Part shown: positions 20,254 through 30,451 of the stretch, piece after piece
Layout: each line of letters begins with the position of its first letter
Position numbering within the stretch: the first letter of the stretch is position 1
Virus record (IMG/VR): IMGVR_UViG_3300020473_002200
Span: 96,001-160,000 of that record
Strand: one strand, 5' to 3'
DNA length: 64,000 nt
Origin: a virus
The notes under the pieces: model-generated
What the model saw: only the letters and a program-made list of their open reading frames with translations
The model's database searches: none
What the model was told of the DNA's origin: nothing
Made by a program: the position numbers and the translations under genes

Positions 20254-23200
20254 ATGATTAAATCTCCTAAGCGATTTACTTCTCTACATGCGCACGATGG
20301 CTTTTCAACTTTTGACGGATTAGGCTATCCCCAGGAACATATAGATTTTGTTCTAGAAAATGGTATGGATAGCTACTGTCTTACAAATCATGGCCATATG
20401 AACTCTTTTGGACATGCTTATTTACATGCGGAAAAAATTCGTAAACGTAACCCAGGTTTTAAATTTATCCCTGGTTGCGAGATGTATGTTCATCCCGATT
20501 TGCAGGTATGGGAATTAGATCGTCAAATTAGACAAGCTGCGAAAAAAGGTGATAAGGATGCCATCGCAGTGCTAAAAGCTCAACGTGAAGCAATAGCGAC
20601 ACCATTGACTGCTGTTGTAGATGGTGATGATGAAATTGTAGATATTACCACCGAAGAAGCCGGCTTGACAGTGGAGAATGAAGAAGAAACAAAGTCTGCG
20701 AAGTTTTATGATCCTATTAAGAGACGTCATCATTTAGTAGTGCTGCCAAAAACCAGTGAAGGACTACAACGATTATTTCACCTTGTTAGTAGGGGCTATA
20801 GGGAGGGGTTTTATCGTTTCCCAAGAGTAGACTATAAAATGCTACAAGAAGCCGCAGAGGGTGGTCACCTAATGGTTTCGACAGCATGTATTGGTGGCCC
20901 AATAGCGTATGAGGTATTTAGACACGCCCAACAAGTTGAGTTTGACGACCTAAGCCATAAGCTGCTTGACGATTCTTCATTTTATGAAAAGGTAATGACC
21001 GGTGTTGGAAATGCTTATCAAGGACTAGTTGATTCTGTCGGTATCAATGATGTAATGCTTGAGCTACAATTTAATAAGCTACCCGCACAGCACCTGGTGA
21101 ATAGAGCGATAATAGAGTTTGCAAATAGCCAGGGTATTACCGATAAATTGGTCGTTACGACTGATTCACATTATGCACGACCAGAGCACTGGCGTGAGCG
21201 TGAGCTTTATAAAAAGCTTGGGTGGCTTAATTATCGTGAGTTTGATCCATCAAAATTACCTCAATCTAAAGAAGACTTAAAGTGTGAGCTTTATCCAAAA
21301 AATGCAGAGCAAGTTTGGGACACATATCTTGAGACGACTGAAGGTATGGATTTTTATAATCACGAAGCCATCCGCGATGCAATAGAAAGACCTCACGATA
21401 TTGTACATCAGGAAATTGGAGAAATCCACCCTGACAGAAGTATGAAGCTACCTTCGTATGTTGTACCTAAGGGTATGACTGACGATAAGGCTCTTTTAGA
21501 AGCATGTAAAAAGGGGCTTATAGCTAGGGGTTTGGCGGATGATCCAAAATACGTTGAAAGAATAAAGCACGAATTAAAAATTATTAAAGACAAGAATTTC
21601 TCTCGCTACTTTTTAACGATGGAAGCTATTATTGAAATTGCTAAAAAGGCAATGCTCGTAGGACCGGGTCGAGGCTCTGCAGCAGGAAGTCTTGTTGCGT
21701 ACGTTCTTAGGTTAACTGATGTTGATCCATTCGAGTATGATCTTATGTTTGGTCGGTTTTTAAATCCATCTCGCGAGGGCGCGCCAGATATCGATACCGA
21801 TGTTGGCGATCGAGATCTACTCATTAATATGATGAAAGACAAGTGGGGTGATGAAAACATCGTTCCAATTTCTAACTACAATACATTTAAGCTTAAGTCT
21901 CTTGTCAAGGATATTTCTCGTTTTTATGGGATTCCATTTAACGAGGTGAATAAGGCTTTGGCTCCTGTTGAGGATGATGTAAAGAAAGCAGTCTTTAAGC
22001 AAGGGACTGACAAAAATCTATTTGTGTTACTTTACGAAGACGCCATCGCTCATTCTAAGACGTTTAGGGAATTCATCGAAAAGTACCCAGAAGTCGCCGA
22101 CCCTATCCAGGTTTTATTTAAGCAAAATAAAGCCTTGGGTCGACATGCAGGTGGCTGTATAGTAGCAGAAGACATTGCTGAAAGAATGCCTCTTATTAAG
22201 GCTCGTGGTGAACTACAGACGCCATGGGCTGAGGGTATGAATTATAAGCATCTTGAAACGTTTGGCTGGATTAAATTTGATCTACTTGGTCTGGAAACTC
22301 TTCGTATAATTCAACGCACAATTGAATTAATTTTGCAGCGTAAGGAAGGAATTGAAAACCCAACATTTGATCAAGTATATGAGTGGTTCAATTCTAATAT
22401 GGATCCTAAAGTTTTAGATATGGATGATCAACATGTCTATGAACATGTCTATGCAAAGGGTCGTTGGGCCGGCATATTTCAGTTGGCAGGTAGAGGTGCT
22501 CAGAATTTATTTAAGAAAGCTAAGCCAAAAAGTATCGTCGATATTGCTACGCTAACTTCGATATATCGTCCAGGTCCCTTAACAGCGAAAGTAGATAAGC
22601 TCTATATAAATGCCAAGAATAATCCGGATGATATTGATTATGGTCACCCTCTTATTAAAGAGGTTTTAGAAGAGACATACGGATTGATTGTGTTCCAGGA
22701 ACAGATTATGAAGTTATGCTCTGTGGTGGCTGGTTTCCCTGAGGAGGAAACAGACACAGTGCGCCGTAATATTATGAAGCGAAAAGCTTCCGAAGCCGCA
22801 GAGTCACTTGCTAAGGCTCGAGCAATTAAAGAGCAATTTGTCGCTGGATCTGTAAAGAATGGTGTTGATAGACAATTAGCTGATGATCTTTACGAAAAGA
22901 TTTTATTCTTCGCAGGTTACGGTTTTAATAAGTCACACGCTGTTTGTTATGCGATTGATTCTTACTACTGTGCTTGGCTACTAACATATTTCGAGGAAGA
23001 GTGGTTGTGCGCCTATCTTGAGTCAATGTCAGGTAATGATAAGAAGCGAGCAAAGGCTTTTTCGGAAGTCAAGGCGCTAGGATACACTATCGTACCTATT
23101 GACATTAACTACGCTACAAAATCGTGGACTATTTTAGAAGGTAAGAAGTTTATGCCTTCATTCCTTTCTTGCAAGGGTGTTGGCGAAGCCGCGATTGATG

Positions 23201-23856
23201 AGATATTGGCCAATAGACCATATTCAGACATTGATGATCTTTTATGGAATGAAGATGGTAAATGGAAGCACTCTAAGTTTAATAAAAGAGCGATGCAAGC
23301 GCTAATCGCGATTAAGGCGTTTGGGTCTATGAAGTGCGTTGGTAAAGATTCAATATTCGAAAGTTATAAGCATATGAATGAAGTTGTAATTGCCAACAAT
23401 ACAGAGGTTAAAAAGTGGACCAAGAAAGATCCAACACGAGGACAAGATGCGTTTAAGCGTATTTTGCTTGAGACTTCTGGGGAGGGTGAGTGGTCTAGAC
23501 ATGAGCAGGTACAAAATAGCGTGGCTCACCTAGGATCTTTTAACGTATCTACGCTAATATCACCAGAAGTGATTCAAAGACTGGACGATAAAGACATTAA
23601 TGTGATTGACGACTACAATGGTGTTGATTTACATTGGTTTCTCGTAATGGATGTGAAAGAAAAGTTGACTAAAAATAAAAAGCCATATCTGCTACTAACT
23701 GTTGCAGGAACCTCGGGCCAGCAATTTAGGATTTTTTGTTGGAGTTGGGATGGAAAGACGGAAATGCCAAAGTATAGTTTGTGTGTTGGTGAGTTGAATA
23801 AAAATGATTATGGATTTCAAACTTCTATGAGAAAAATCAAGGTACTTAAAGTATAA
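20254..23856 (+). CDS. dnaE: DNA polymerase III alpha subunit (family C)
   Basis: PHP motifs LHAHDGFS, TNHG, TTDSHY; GRGSAAGS, PDIDTD, GRHAGG, KFDLLGL, FQEQIM, YGFNKSHA; C-terminal OB fold. Confidence 0.95.
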   Translation: MIKSPKRFTSLHAHDGFSTFDGLGYPQEHIDFVLENGMDSYCLTNHGHMNSFGHAYLHAEKIRKRNPGFKFIPGCEMYVHPDLQVWELDRQIRQAAKKGDKDAIAVLKAQREAIATPLTAVVDGDDEIVDITTEEAGLTVENEEETKSAKFYDPIKRRHHLVVLPKTSEGLQRLFHLVSRGYREGFYRFPRVDYKMLQEAAEGGHLMVSTACIGGPIAYEVFRHAQQVEFDDLSHKLLDDSSFYEKVMTGVGNAYQGLVDSVGINDVMLELQFNKLPAQHLVNRAIIEFANSQGITDKLVVTTDSHYARPEHWRERELYKKLGWLNYREFDPSKLPQSKEDLKCELYPKNAEQVWDTYLETTEGMDFYNHEAIRDAIERPHDIVHQEIGEIHPDRSMKLPSYVVPKGMTDDKALLEACKKGLIARGLADDPKYVERIKHELKIIKDKNFSRYFLTMEAIIEIAKKAMLVGPGRGSAAGSLVAYVLRLTDVDPFEYDLMFGRFLNPSREGAPDIDTDVGDRDLLINMMKDKWGDENIVPISNYNTFKLKSLVKDISRFYGIPFNEVNKALAPVEDDVKKAVFKQGTDKNLFVLLYEDAIAHSKTFREFIEKYPEVADPIQVLFKQNKALGRHAGGCIVAEDIAERMPLIKARGELQTPWAEGMNYKHLETFGWIKFDLLGLETLRIIQRTIELILQRKEGIENPTFDQVYEWFNSNMDPKVLDMDDQHVYEHVYAKGRWAGIFQLAGRGAQNLFKKAKPKSIVDIATLTSIYRPGPLTAKVDKLYINAKNNPDDIDYGHPLIKEVLEETYGLIVFQEQIMKLCSVVAGFPEEETDTVRRNIMKRKASEAAESLAKARAIKEQFVAGSVKNGVDRQLADDLYEKILFFAGYGFNKSHAVCYAIDSYYCAWLLTYFEEEWLCAYLESMSGNDKKRAKAFSEVKALGYTIVPIDINYATKSWTILEGKKFMPSFLSCKGVGEAAIDEILANRPYSDIDDLLWNEDGKWKHSKFNKRAMQALIAIKAFGSMKCVGKDSIFESYKHMNEVVIANNTEVKKWTKKDPTRGQDAFKRILLETSGEGEWSRHEQVQNSVAHLGSFNVSTLISPEVIQRLDDKDINVIDDYNGVDLHWFLVMDVKEKLTKNKKPYLLLTVAGTSGQQFRIFCWSWDGKTEMPKYSLCVGELNKNDYGFQTSMRKIKVLKV

Positions 23857-23862
23857 TAAATT

Positions 23863-24888
23863 ATGAGAAAATTTAAGAATTTTACTGACTGCTATCTATC
23901 TCTAATTAGAGAGGTCTATGACGATTATGAGTATGAATCATCTCCTAGGGGCCAGAAGATAAGAGAAAAACTGGGGGTTTCTTTTACAATAGAGGATCCT
24001 AGACATAGATACCCTTTTGTGTGGGGCAGAAATTTTAGCCCGACATATCTTGCAGCTGAGATGATCTGGTATTTATCTGGTAACAATGCTACAGAGTGGA
24101 TATCAAATTATTCAAAGTTCTGGTCCAATATTAGTGATGATGGAAAGACCGCTAATTCCGCTTATGGCGCTAGGATATTCCACACAAACCCTATTATCGC
24201 GGGAGGAAGGCTAAATCAGTGGGAATTTGTAAAAGGTGAATTAACAAGAGACCCGGATTCGAGAAGGGCAATCATTCATTTAAGGACTCCTGATGATAGT
24301 GTCGATGCAAAGCTGGATGTACCATGTACACTAAGTCTTCAATTCTTCATAAGAGATGCGCAGCTTCATATGATTGTTAATATGAGGAGTTCTGATCTTA
24401 TTTTTGGGATTGCTTATGATATTCCGGCTTTTACTTTTTTTCAAGAGATGCTTGCTCTAGAGCTAGGAGTTGAATTAGGGACTTATACGCACTGCAGTAA
24501 TTCTCTGCACATTTATGAAAGACACTTTAAGATGTGTAGAACAATTTTAACAGATCGAGGAGAACATGAGTCAATAATGGCTTTAGTACGCAATGGGGCT
24601 ATGCCAAAACTCAAGCATACCGACTTTTTGAACGGCAAGAAAGAAGAGTGGTTACAAAAGATCTTAGCATTTGAGAAAAAATTAAGATCATCCAATACAG
24701 AAATTGAATTAGATGAATTATTGCGAAACATATATCAAGGTGAGAATAAAAACATTTGGACAGATTTTGCGAGTCTGCTAGCTTATCATCGAGCAAAGAA
24801 GCTAGGTATCAACAGACAAATTTTAGAAAAGATAGACTTTGATTATTCTGGTTACGAAGTTGATTTAAGGAGAAGAAATGAAGTATGA
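23863..24888 (+). CDS. thymidylate synthase homolog, dCMP hydroxymethylase-type (T4 gp42-like)
   Basis: ANSAYG, DPDSRRAII, catalytic PCT, MRSSDLIFGIAYD. Asp lies exactly 31 residues after the catalytic Cys (Asn177 in E. coli ThyA, Asp179 in T4 gp42). Confidence 0.8.
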   Translation: MRKFKNFTDCYLSLIREVYDDYEYESSPRGQKIREKLGVSFTIEDPRHRYPFVWGRNFSPTYLAAEMIWYLSGNNATEWISNYSKFWSNISDDGKTANSAYGARIFHTNPIIAGGRLNQWEFVKGELTRDPDSRRAIIHLRTPDDSVDAKLDVPCTLSLQFFIRDAQLHMIVNMRSSDLIFGIAYDIPAFTFFQEMLALELGVELGTYTHCSNSLHIYERHFKMCRTILTDRGEHESIMALVRNGAMPKLKHTDFLNGKKEEWLQKILAFEKKLRSSNTEIELDELLRNIYQGENKNIWTDFASLLAYHRAKKLGINRQILEKIDFDYSGYEVDLRRRNEV

Positions 24889-25987
24889 TTATTTAATTGT
24901 GGGTGCCGGTATGTTCGGAGCTACATTCGCTAGAGAAATGTTAGATGCCGGTAAAACTGTTTTGGTATTAGACAAAAGAGAGCATATCGGTGGAAATTGC
25001 TACTCAGAAAGAAGAGAAGGTGTTGATGTTCATGTATACGGGCCTCATATTTTTCACACAAACAATGAAAAAATCTGGAATTTTGTAAATCGATTTGCAA
25101 CGTTCAATCAATATATCAATAAGCCTAAGGTCAATTTCCGTGGAAATATTTACTCATTTCCTATAAATTTAATGACTCTACACCAGCTTTGGGGAGTGAC
25201 AACACCCGCTGAGGCAGAGGCTAAATTACAAGAAGTCAGAATTCCTTGCGAGAACCCACAAAATTTAGAGGAATGGATTTTATCACAAGTTGGTAGAGAA
25301 GTTTATGAGACCTTTATCAAGGGCTATACTATGAAGCAATGGAAGCGGCACCCAAGCGAGTTGCCCGCTTCTATCATTAAACGCTTACCAATTCGTTTAA
25401 TCTTTGAAGAAAACTATTTCTTTGATAAATTCCAGGGTATTCCAAAAAACGGATATACGAAAATGATTGGCAATATGCTTGAAGGCGCAGATGTCCGGAC
25501 AGGCGTTGATTATCTAGAAGATAGAGAAACCTGGGATAGCATGGCCAATAAGACTGTATTTACCGGTAAGATTGACGAGTTTTTTGATTATGAGCATGGC
25601 TATCTAGAGTATAGATCATTACGCTTCGAGCATGAAGTTCACGATGGCGACTTTCAAGGAAACGCAGTCGTAAATTATACTGATTATGAAGTACCTTATA
25701 CTAGGATAGTGGAGCATAAACATTTTCAACCACAAGAGGCTGCGAGTCTTGAAAAGACGATAGTGACGAAAGAGTATCCGCAGGATTGGTCACCAAGTAA
25801 GGTACCGTACTATCCTGTAAATGATAAAAAGAACAGTGAGGTTTTTAAGAAGTATTCTGTTCTTGCTAGAAATAGTGATATAATATTTGGAGGTAGATTA
25901 GCTGAATATCGTTATTACGATATGCACCAAGTAATTGGTTCAGCTTTGCAAAAGGCAAAAAAAGAATTAAGGAATAATGGAGAATAA
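24878..25987 (+). CDS. glf: UDP-galactopyranose mutase
   Basis: FAD motif IVGAGMFG, HIGGNCYS, HVYGPHIFHT, YTRIVEHKHF, GGRLAEYRYYDMHQ. Confidence 0.93.
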   Translation: MKYDYLIVGAGMFGATFAREMLDAGKTVLVLDKREHIGGNCYSERREGVDVHVYGPHIFHTNNEKIWNFVNRFATFNQYINKPKVNFRGNIYSFPINLMTLHQLWGVTTPAEAEAKLQEVRIPCENPQNLEEWILSQVGREVYETFIKGYTMKQWKRHPSELPASIIKRLPIRLIFEENYFFDKFQGIPKNGYTKMIGNMLEGADVRTGVDYLEDRETWDSMANKTVFTGKIDEFFDYEHGYLEYRSLRFEHEVHDGDFQGNAVVNYTDYEVPYTRIVEHKHFQPQEAASLEKTIVTKEYPQDWSPSKVPYYPVNDKKNSEVFKKYSVLARNSDIIFGGRLAEYRYYDMHQVIGSALQKAKKELRNNGE

Positions 25988-27032
25988 TATGAGAGTTCTT
26001 TATAGCTTTTGGGGATTTATTACGCCGCTAGAAAAAAATTCAATGGTAAATACCCCGGATGGTGAGAGAGGTAATCGAGTTGATTTTGTAAGAGAATTAC
26101 AAAGTAGAGATCACACTGTAATTCAGCTTCAGAAAATGAGAGATGAAGAGCAGTTTCCGGGTGTTGAGTACAGCCCGGTTGGTTTTCCAGATGGTGATAT
26201 TGTATATTGCGAATGGCGTTGGCCGACATGGAAAAATTCTGGTAACAATCCTCAAGAATCTGACTATACTAGGCAATGTGAGGTTTTAGATCACTATCAT
26301 GCTGCTGGAGTGCCCATTATTATTCATGACGGCGATCTTAAAATGACAGCTGAAGAAGAACAGCGTTGGCCAAACGCTGTGATTTCCGATGCATGTGTAA
26401 ATCCTCGAATGCTAACTAGGAAAAGAATTTCAATCCCATGGTGCAATTATATGCAGCGTTATTTTTCGCCTGTCGAATATTCTTACAACTATACTTACGT
26501 TGGGAATAATTACGAGAGAGAAAATCAGTTTAAGAAATATTACGTTGACCCCAGCACCCCTCTAAGAGAATCAGGTATTCAGACATATGTTTGTGGTAAT
26601 TGGCTGGCCAGATCTCCAGAAAGAGAAGATCCTGGTGCTAGAATTACGAACGCGCCTAATGTTGCATTTGGTCCACGCCTTGCTTATAAAGATATTTTTT
26701 CTGTTTTGAATTCTTCTATTACGGTAACGCATATTACGAAAGATGACTATACACCTTTTGGAAACATTACGGGAAGGTTTTTCGAAGCTATCAAGAGTGG
26801 GGTACCAGCTTTAATTCCATGGGAATATGAGCACGCTCGCCCTGTTGGTCTTAGTGACGAATCATTAATCGTTAGATCTTCTGAGGATGTTGTTAAAAAG
26901 ACGAAGTGGATATCAACTCTTTCTGCAAACGATAGACTAGGTTTGGTAAATCTGCAGGAAGAGGCATTAAGGACAGTTATTGATCCTCGCCCTGAGGCCC
27001 GCGTCGACCTTTTGGAGCAGCTTTGCGGGTAA
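25977..27032 (+). CDS. GT-B glycosyltransferase resembling T4 DNA beta-glucosyltransferase
   Basis: YTYVGNNYERE vs BGT VIYGGSFRSGQRE; NITGRFFEAIKSG vs FITLRVWETMAS; RLGLVNLQEEAL vs RKEMLSIQHDIL (BGT sequence recalled from memory). Confidence 0.65.
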   Translation: MENNMRVLYSFWGFITPLEKNSMVNTPDGERGNRVDFVRELQSRDHTVIQLQKMRDEEQFPGVEYSPVGFPDGDIVYCEWRWPTWKNSGNNPQESDYTRQCEVLDHYHAAGVPIIIHDGDLKMTAEEEQRWPNAVISDACVNPRMLTRKRISIPWCNYMQRYFSPVEYSYNYTYVGNNYERENQFKKYYVDPSTPLRESGIQTYVCGNWLARSPEREDPGARITNAPNVAFGPRLAYKDIFSVLNSSITVTHITKDDYTPFGNITGRFFEAIKSGVPALIPWEYEHARPVGLSDESLIVRSSEDVVKKTKWISTLSANDRLGLVNLQEEALRTVIDPRPEARVDLLEQLCG

Positions 27033-27036
27033 AGTA

Positions 27037-27564
27037 ATGATTGTAGCTTTTATTGGTCCAGATATGACAGGAAAGTCGAATATAGCTTCTCGACTATCTA
27101 AAGAAATTAACATTCCTGTTTTTAAGAACACAGGCGAATGGAAGGCAGATTTAAGTGGAGATGATTATTATATAAATCTTCTTAAATTTGGTGGTACATT
27201 CTTGATGGACTTCTTGGTACAAACAAATCCATCTGCTATTTTAGATAGATTTTACCCTTGTGAATATGCTTATTCTAATGTGTTTAACCGTAGTTCTAAT
27301 AAGGATTTAATTTTAAAGCTGGATAAAAAGTTTTCTTCTATTAGCGGTAAATTTGTTTTTTGCTATAGAAGTAGCTATGATGGAATTAAAGATGATTTAT
27401 TTCCAGAGAAAATAAATTGTGAAACTCTAAAAAAAATAGAAAGACAATATAGAATATTTTTAGAGGAAACAAAATGTGATATTTTACATTTGGAAACGTC
27501 TGATATGAATCTAGAAAATCAGATTTTTAAAATTAAGAAATTTTTAGGAGTTGATGAAACATGA
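27037..27564 (+). CDS. deoxynucleoside monophosphate kinase (thymidylate kinase-like)
   Basis: P-loop GPDMTGKS, ILDRFYPCEYAY; ATG at 27037 after the upstream stop. Confidence 0.8.
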   Translation: MIVAFIGPDMTGKSNIASRLSKEINIPVFKNTGEWKADLSGDDYYINLLKFGGTFLMDFLVQTNPSAILDRFYPCEYAYSNVFNRSSNKDLILKLDKKFSSISGKFVFCYRSSYDGIKDDLFPEKINCETLKKIERQYRIFLEETKCDILHLETSDMNLENQIFKIKKFLGVDET

Positions 27565-28565
27565 GTAAAAAAGCGTTAGTCACCGGCGGTTGTGGCTTTA
27601 TTGGTTCAAATTTGGCTATTAAATTAGTTGAGCAAGGATGGAGCGTTGACGTTGTTGATGATCTTTCTAGTGGCGATTTAGATGCATTAAAAAATTTAGA
27701 TATCAGGACTGTCACACCTGAGCTTTTAATACAGTATGAAGAGTCTGGAATTATTGAAGATAAGACCCTTGTAATCACTGGGGATTTTGCTAGTCCATAT
27801 GTCCTTTCTAGAATCGCTGATAAAAGATACGATTATGTATTTCACTTAGCTGCACTACCAAGAGTTCAATTTTCTGTAGAGAACCCTGTTTTGACAACAG
27901 ATCAAAATGTTATGAAAACAGTTTCGCTTATGACTGCTTGCATCGAAAATGTAGACAGATTTATTTTTAGTAGTTCATCCTCTGTATACGGAGATGTTTC
28001 TGACAATTTTCCCTCAAGGGAATCTGGTAACTATGAGCCAGCCTCTCCTTACGCATTACAAAAGTTAGTGGTTGAGAATTTTTGTCAATTATTTTTTAAG
28101 CTATATAAGCTTGAGTCTGTTTGCTTGAGGTATTTTAACGTATTTGGGCCTGGTCAGCCTGGAGACAGTCCATATTCAACTGCAGTATCTGCATGGTTGG
28201 ATAAAATTGCCACTAATCAGCCACTTCGAAGTGATGGAGATGGAGAGCAAACTCGTGATATCGTGTATATCGATGATGTTGTTGATGCCAATATAAGGGC
28301 AGCTGAAAGCCCCAAGACAATGAGCGGTAATACATACAATGTAGGCACAGGTGCGACGTATAGCAATAACGAGATCTTGGGTTTACTTAAAAATAAGTTT
28401 GGTGATCTTGAAATTAACCACGCGCCTGAAAGACCTGGCGACGTTAAGCATACAAAGGCAAATATAGCAAAGATTTTTGAAGATCTTGGCTGGAAGCCTA
28501 AGTGGGATTTTGTATCTGGGTTAAATGAAACAATAAAGTGGTGGGGTCTAAAAGAGAACTCCTAA
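27561..28565 (+). CDS. NAD-dependent nucleotide-sugar epimerase/dehydratase (extended SDR)
   Basis: TGGCGFIGS, FHLAA, SSSSVYG, YALQK (YxxxK), RYFNVFGP, RPGDV. Confidence 0.9.
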   Translation: MSKKALVTGGCGFIGSNLAIKLVEQGWSVDVVDDLSSGDLDALKNLDIRTVTPELLIQYEESGIIEDKTLVITGDFASPYVLSRIADKRYDYVFHLAALPRVQFSVENPVLTTDQNVMKTVSLMTACIENVDRFIFSSSSSVYGDVSDNFPSRESGNYEPASPYALQKLVVENFCQLFFKLYKLESVCLRYFNVFGPGQPGDSPYSTAVSAWLDKIATNQPLRSDGDGEQTRDIVYIDDVVDANIRAAESPKTMSGNTYNVGTGATYSNNEILGLLKNKFGDLEINHAPERPGDVKHTKANIAKIFEDLGWKPKWDFVSGLNETIKWWGLKENS

Positions 28566-29164
28566 TGAAAAGAAACCCACGATTTGAAATTTTTACTGGC
28601 CCAATGTTTGGTGGAAAAACGACTCGTCTAATCGCTGCTTTAGATAGATACCAATACCAAAATAAGAGTATTTTACTGTTTAAACCAAAGATTGATAATA
28701 GGTATGATAAAAATTCCGTTGTAACGCATAGCGGCTTGAGCCTATCTTCTAGGACAGTGGGGTTTAGTCGTGTGGAAAATGTGGCAAATGGAGATGAATT
28801 ATTAGAAAGATTCGAGTATCTTAATTCTGGTTGCGATATAGACGTTGTCGCTGTTGACGAGGCATTTATGATTGGGGGATCCGCTAGTGCTCTTAAAGCG
28901 ATTTATAATTTTTTTGGGAAAACAATACTTGTTTCTAGTCTGCAATTATCGTCTTCTGGCGAGTCCTATAAAGAGATATTAGATATTTTACCATGGGCAA
29001 CAAATATTCAAATTTGTCCTGCAGTATGTGCTATTTGTGGCGAAGACGCTTATTTTACACAAAAAATCGCAGGGAATAATGATCCTGGTAAATTGGAGAT
29101 TGGTGGATCTGATTTGTATCAGCCTCGTTGTCATAATCATTTTAATCCACAGGAATTATTGTGA
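28565..29164 (+). CDS. tdk: thymidine kinase
   Basis: GPMFGGKT, FKPKIDNRY, VAVDEAFM, CAICG, IGGSDLYQPRC. Confidence 0.9.
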   Translation: MKRNPRFEIFTGPMFGGKTTRLIAALDRYQYQNKSILLFKPKIDNRYDKNSVVTHSGLSLSSRTVGFSRVENVANGDELLERFEYLNSGCDIDVVAVDEAFMIGGSASALKAIYNFFGKTILVSSLQLSSSGESYKEILDILPWATNIQICPAVCAICGEDAYFTQKIAGNNDPGKLEIGGSDLYQPRCHNHFNPQELL

Positions 29165-29577
29165 ATAAAAGTGCATGGGTTTTAAAGTCTGAAAAAATTG
29201 TAAAAGACTGGGGCCATGAAGTAAGATGGGATTTTGTAACGCAGCAAATATTTGGTAAAAAGCTTTTTATAAAAGAGGGGTTCTCAACAAGGACCAAGTA
29301 TTTTACCAATAAAAGCGAAACTTTTTTTCTAGAAGAAGGAGAGTTAGAAGTAGTTTTCGCTCCAGAATCTTATTTATTGAATAGAGACGTTCAGTTAGTT
29401 ACAAGAAGGGTTTTAGTTAAAGGAGACGTATTTCAAATTCAATCAGGGTGTCCATACACTTTAAAGGCTTTAGCTGATTGTAATATTTATGAAATCAGTT
29501 CATCAGGAAATTCCACTTTTTGTGTTTTAAATGATGAATATTTTAATATGACTGAACAAAGGAATAAAAATGGTTGA
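29161..29577 (+). CDS. cupin-fold protein (sugar-isomerase-like)
   Basis: KDWGHE, KSETFFLEEGELEV, GDVFQIQSGCPY, IYEISS cupin motifs; the usual metal His residues look degenerate. Confidence 0.65.
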   Translation: MNKSAWVLKSEKIVKDWGHEVRWDFVTQQIFGKKLFIKEGFSTRTKYFTNKSETFFLEEGELEVVFAPESYLLNRDVQLVTRRVLVKGDVFQIQSGCPYTLKALADCNIYEISSSGNSTFCVLNDEYFNMTEQRNKNG

Positions 29578-30430
29578 ACCCAACCAAGTGAATTGCGTAA
29601 TCTATCACGCAGATTGTACCGATGGTTTTGGTGCAGCATACGCTGCCTGGAAACAATTGGGTAATAGAGCAGAATATCATGCATGTAGACATGGTCAAAC
29701 CCCTCCAGATGTAAAAGACAAGATTGTTGCGATACTGGATTTTTCATTTGACAATGCCACAACAAAGCAAATGATTGAAGACGCAGAGGGCTTAATTGTT
29801 ATTGATCACCACAAATCTGCAATGGTAGAGCTTCATGATATATCAAATACACATTTCGATATGACTAAATCTGGCGCTATGTTATCGTGGGAATTTTTTC
29901 ATCCTGGTAAAGAACCGCCAAAGTTTGTAAGATATATTATGGATAGAGATCTCTGGACATGGGAGCTTGATTATTCAAAGGAATTTAGCGCTGCTTTTGA
30001 TATGGTACCATTTGAATTTGAGGAATTTGAAAAGTTTGAAGATGACTCAGTATTCGATGATGCAGTTAAGCGTGGTTCATATATCCTCGCATATTCAAAG
30101 ACAGTTGTAAAAAAAGTTTGTGAGAAAGCGGTTGTCCGTTACTTTGAAGATAAAAAGATTATGATAGTAAATGCGTCACACTGGATGTCAGAAATTGGGT
30201 CTAGATTATCTCCCGATTGTGACTTTGCAGTGATCTGGTATTTTGATCATGATATGGGTATTACTAAGGTTAGCTTAAGATCTTTTCATGACAATGTAGA
30301 TGTTAGTGAGTTTGCTAAAAAATTTGGGGGTGGTGGTCATAAGAAGGCCGCCGGCTTTACTCTCCCAATAGATCAGCATATTGACAATTTATTTACTCTA
30401 GAACCAGAAAAAAAGGAAGAATCTTCATAA
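29570..30430 (+). CDS. DHH/DHHA1 phosphoesterase
   Basis: YHADCTDG, ILDFS, IDHH, DRDLW, SLRS, FGGGGHKKAAG. Confidence 0.88.
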   Translation: MVEPNQVNCVIYHADCTDGFGAAYAAWKQLGNRAEYHACRHGQTPPDVKDKIVAILDFSFDNATTKQMIEDAEGLIVIDHHKSAMVELHDISNTHFDMTKSGAMLSWEFFHPGKEPPKFVRYIMDRDLWTWELDYSKEFSAAFDMVPFEFEEFEKFEDDSVFDDAVKRGSYILAYSKTVVKKVCEKAVVRYFEDKKIMIVNASHWMSEIGSRLSPDCDFAVIWYFDHDMGITKVSLRSFHDNVDVSEFAKKFGGGGHKKAAGFTLPIDQHIDNLFTLEPEKKEESS

Positions 30431-30451
30431 TTAATGATTGCGGAGGAAGAT

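Noticed and set aside
10678-23856. Inteins or introns in RecA, DnaB, NrdJ and DnaE
   Set aside because: The ORFs are continuous and of normal size, with no splice-junction motifs or LAGLIDADG/HNH inserts. The DnaE PHP insert lacks intein ends.
23863-24888. Plain thyA annotation
   Set aside because: Asp rather than Asn at Cys+31, gp42-like NSxYG and PDSRR motifs, and glycosylation genes next door.
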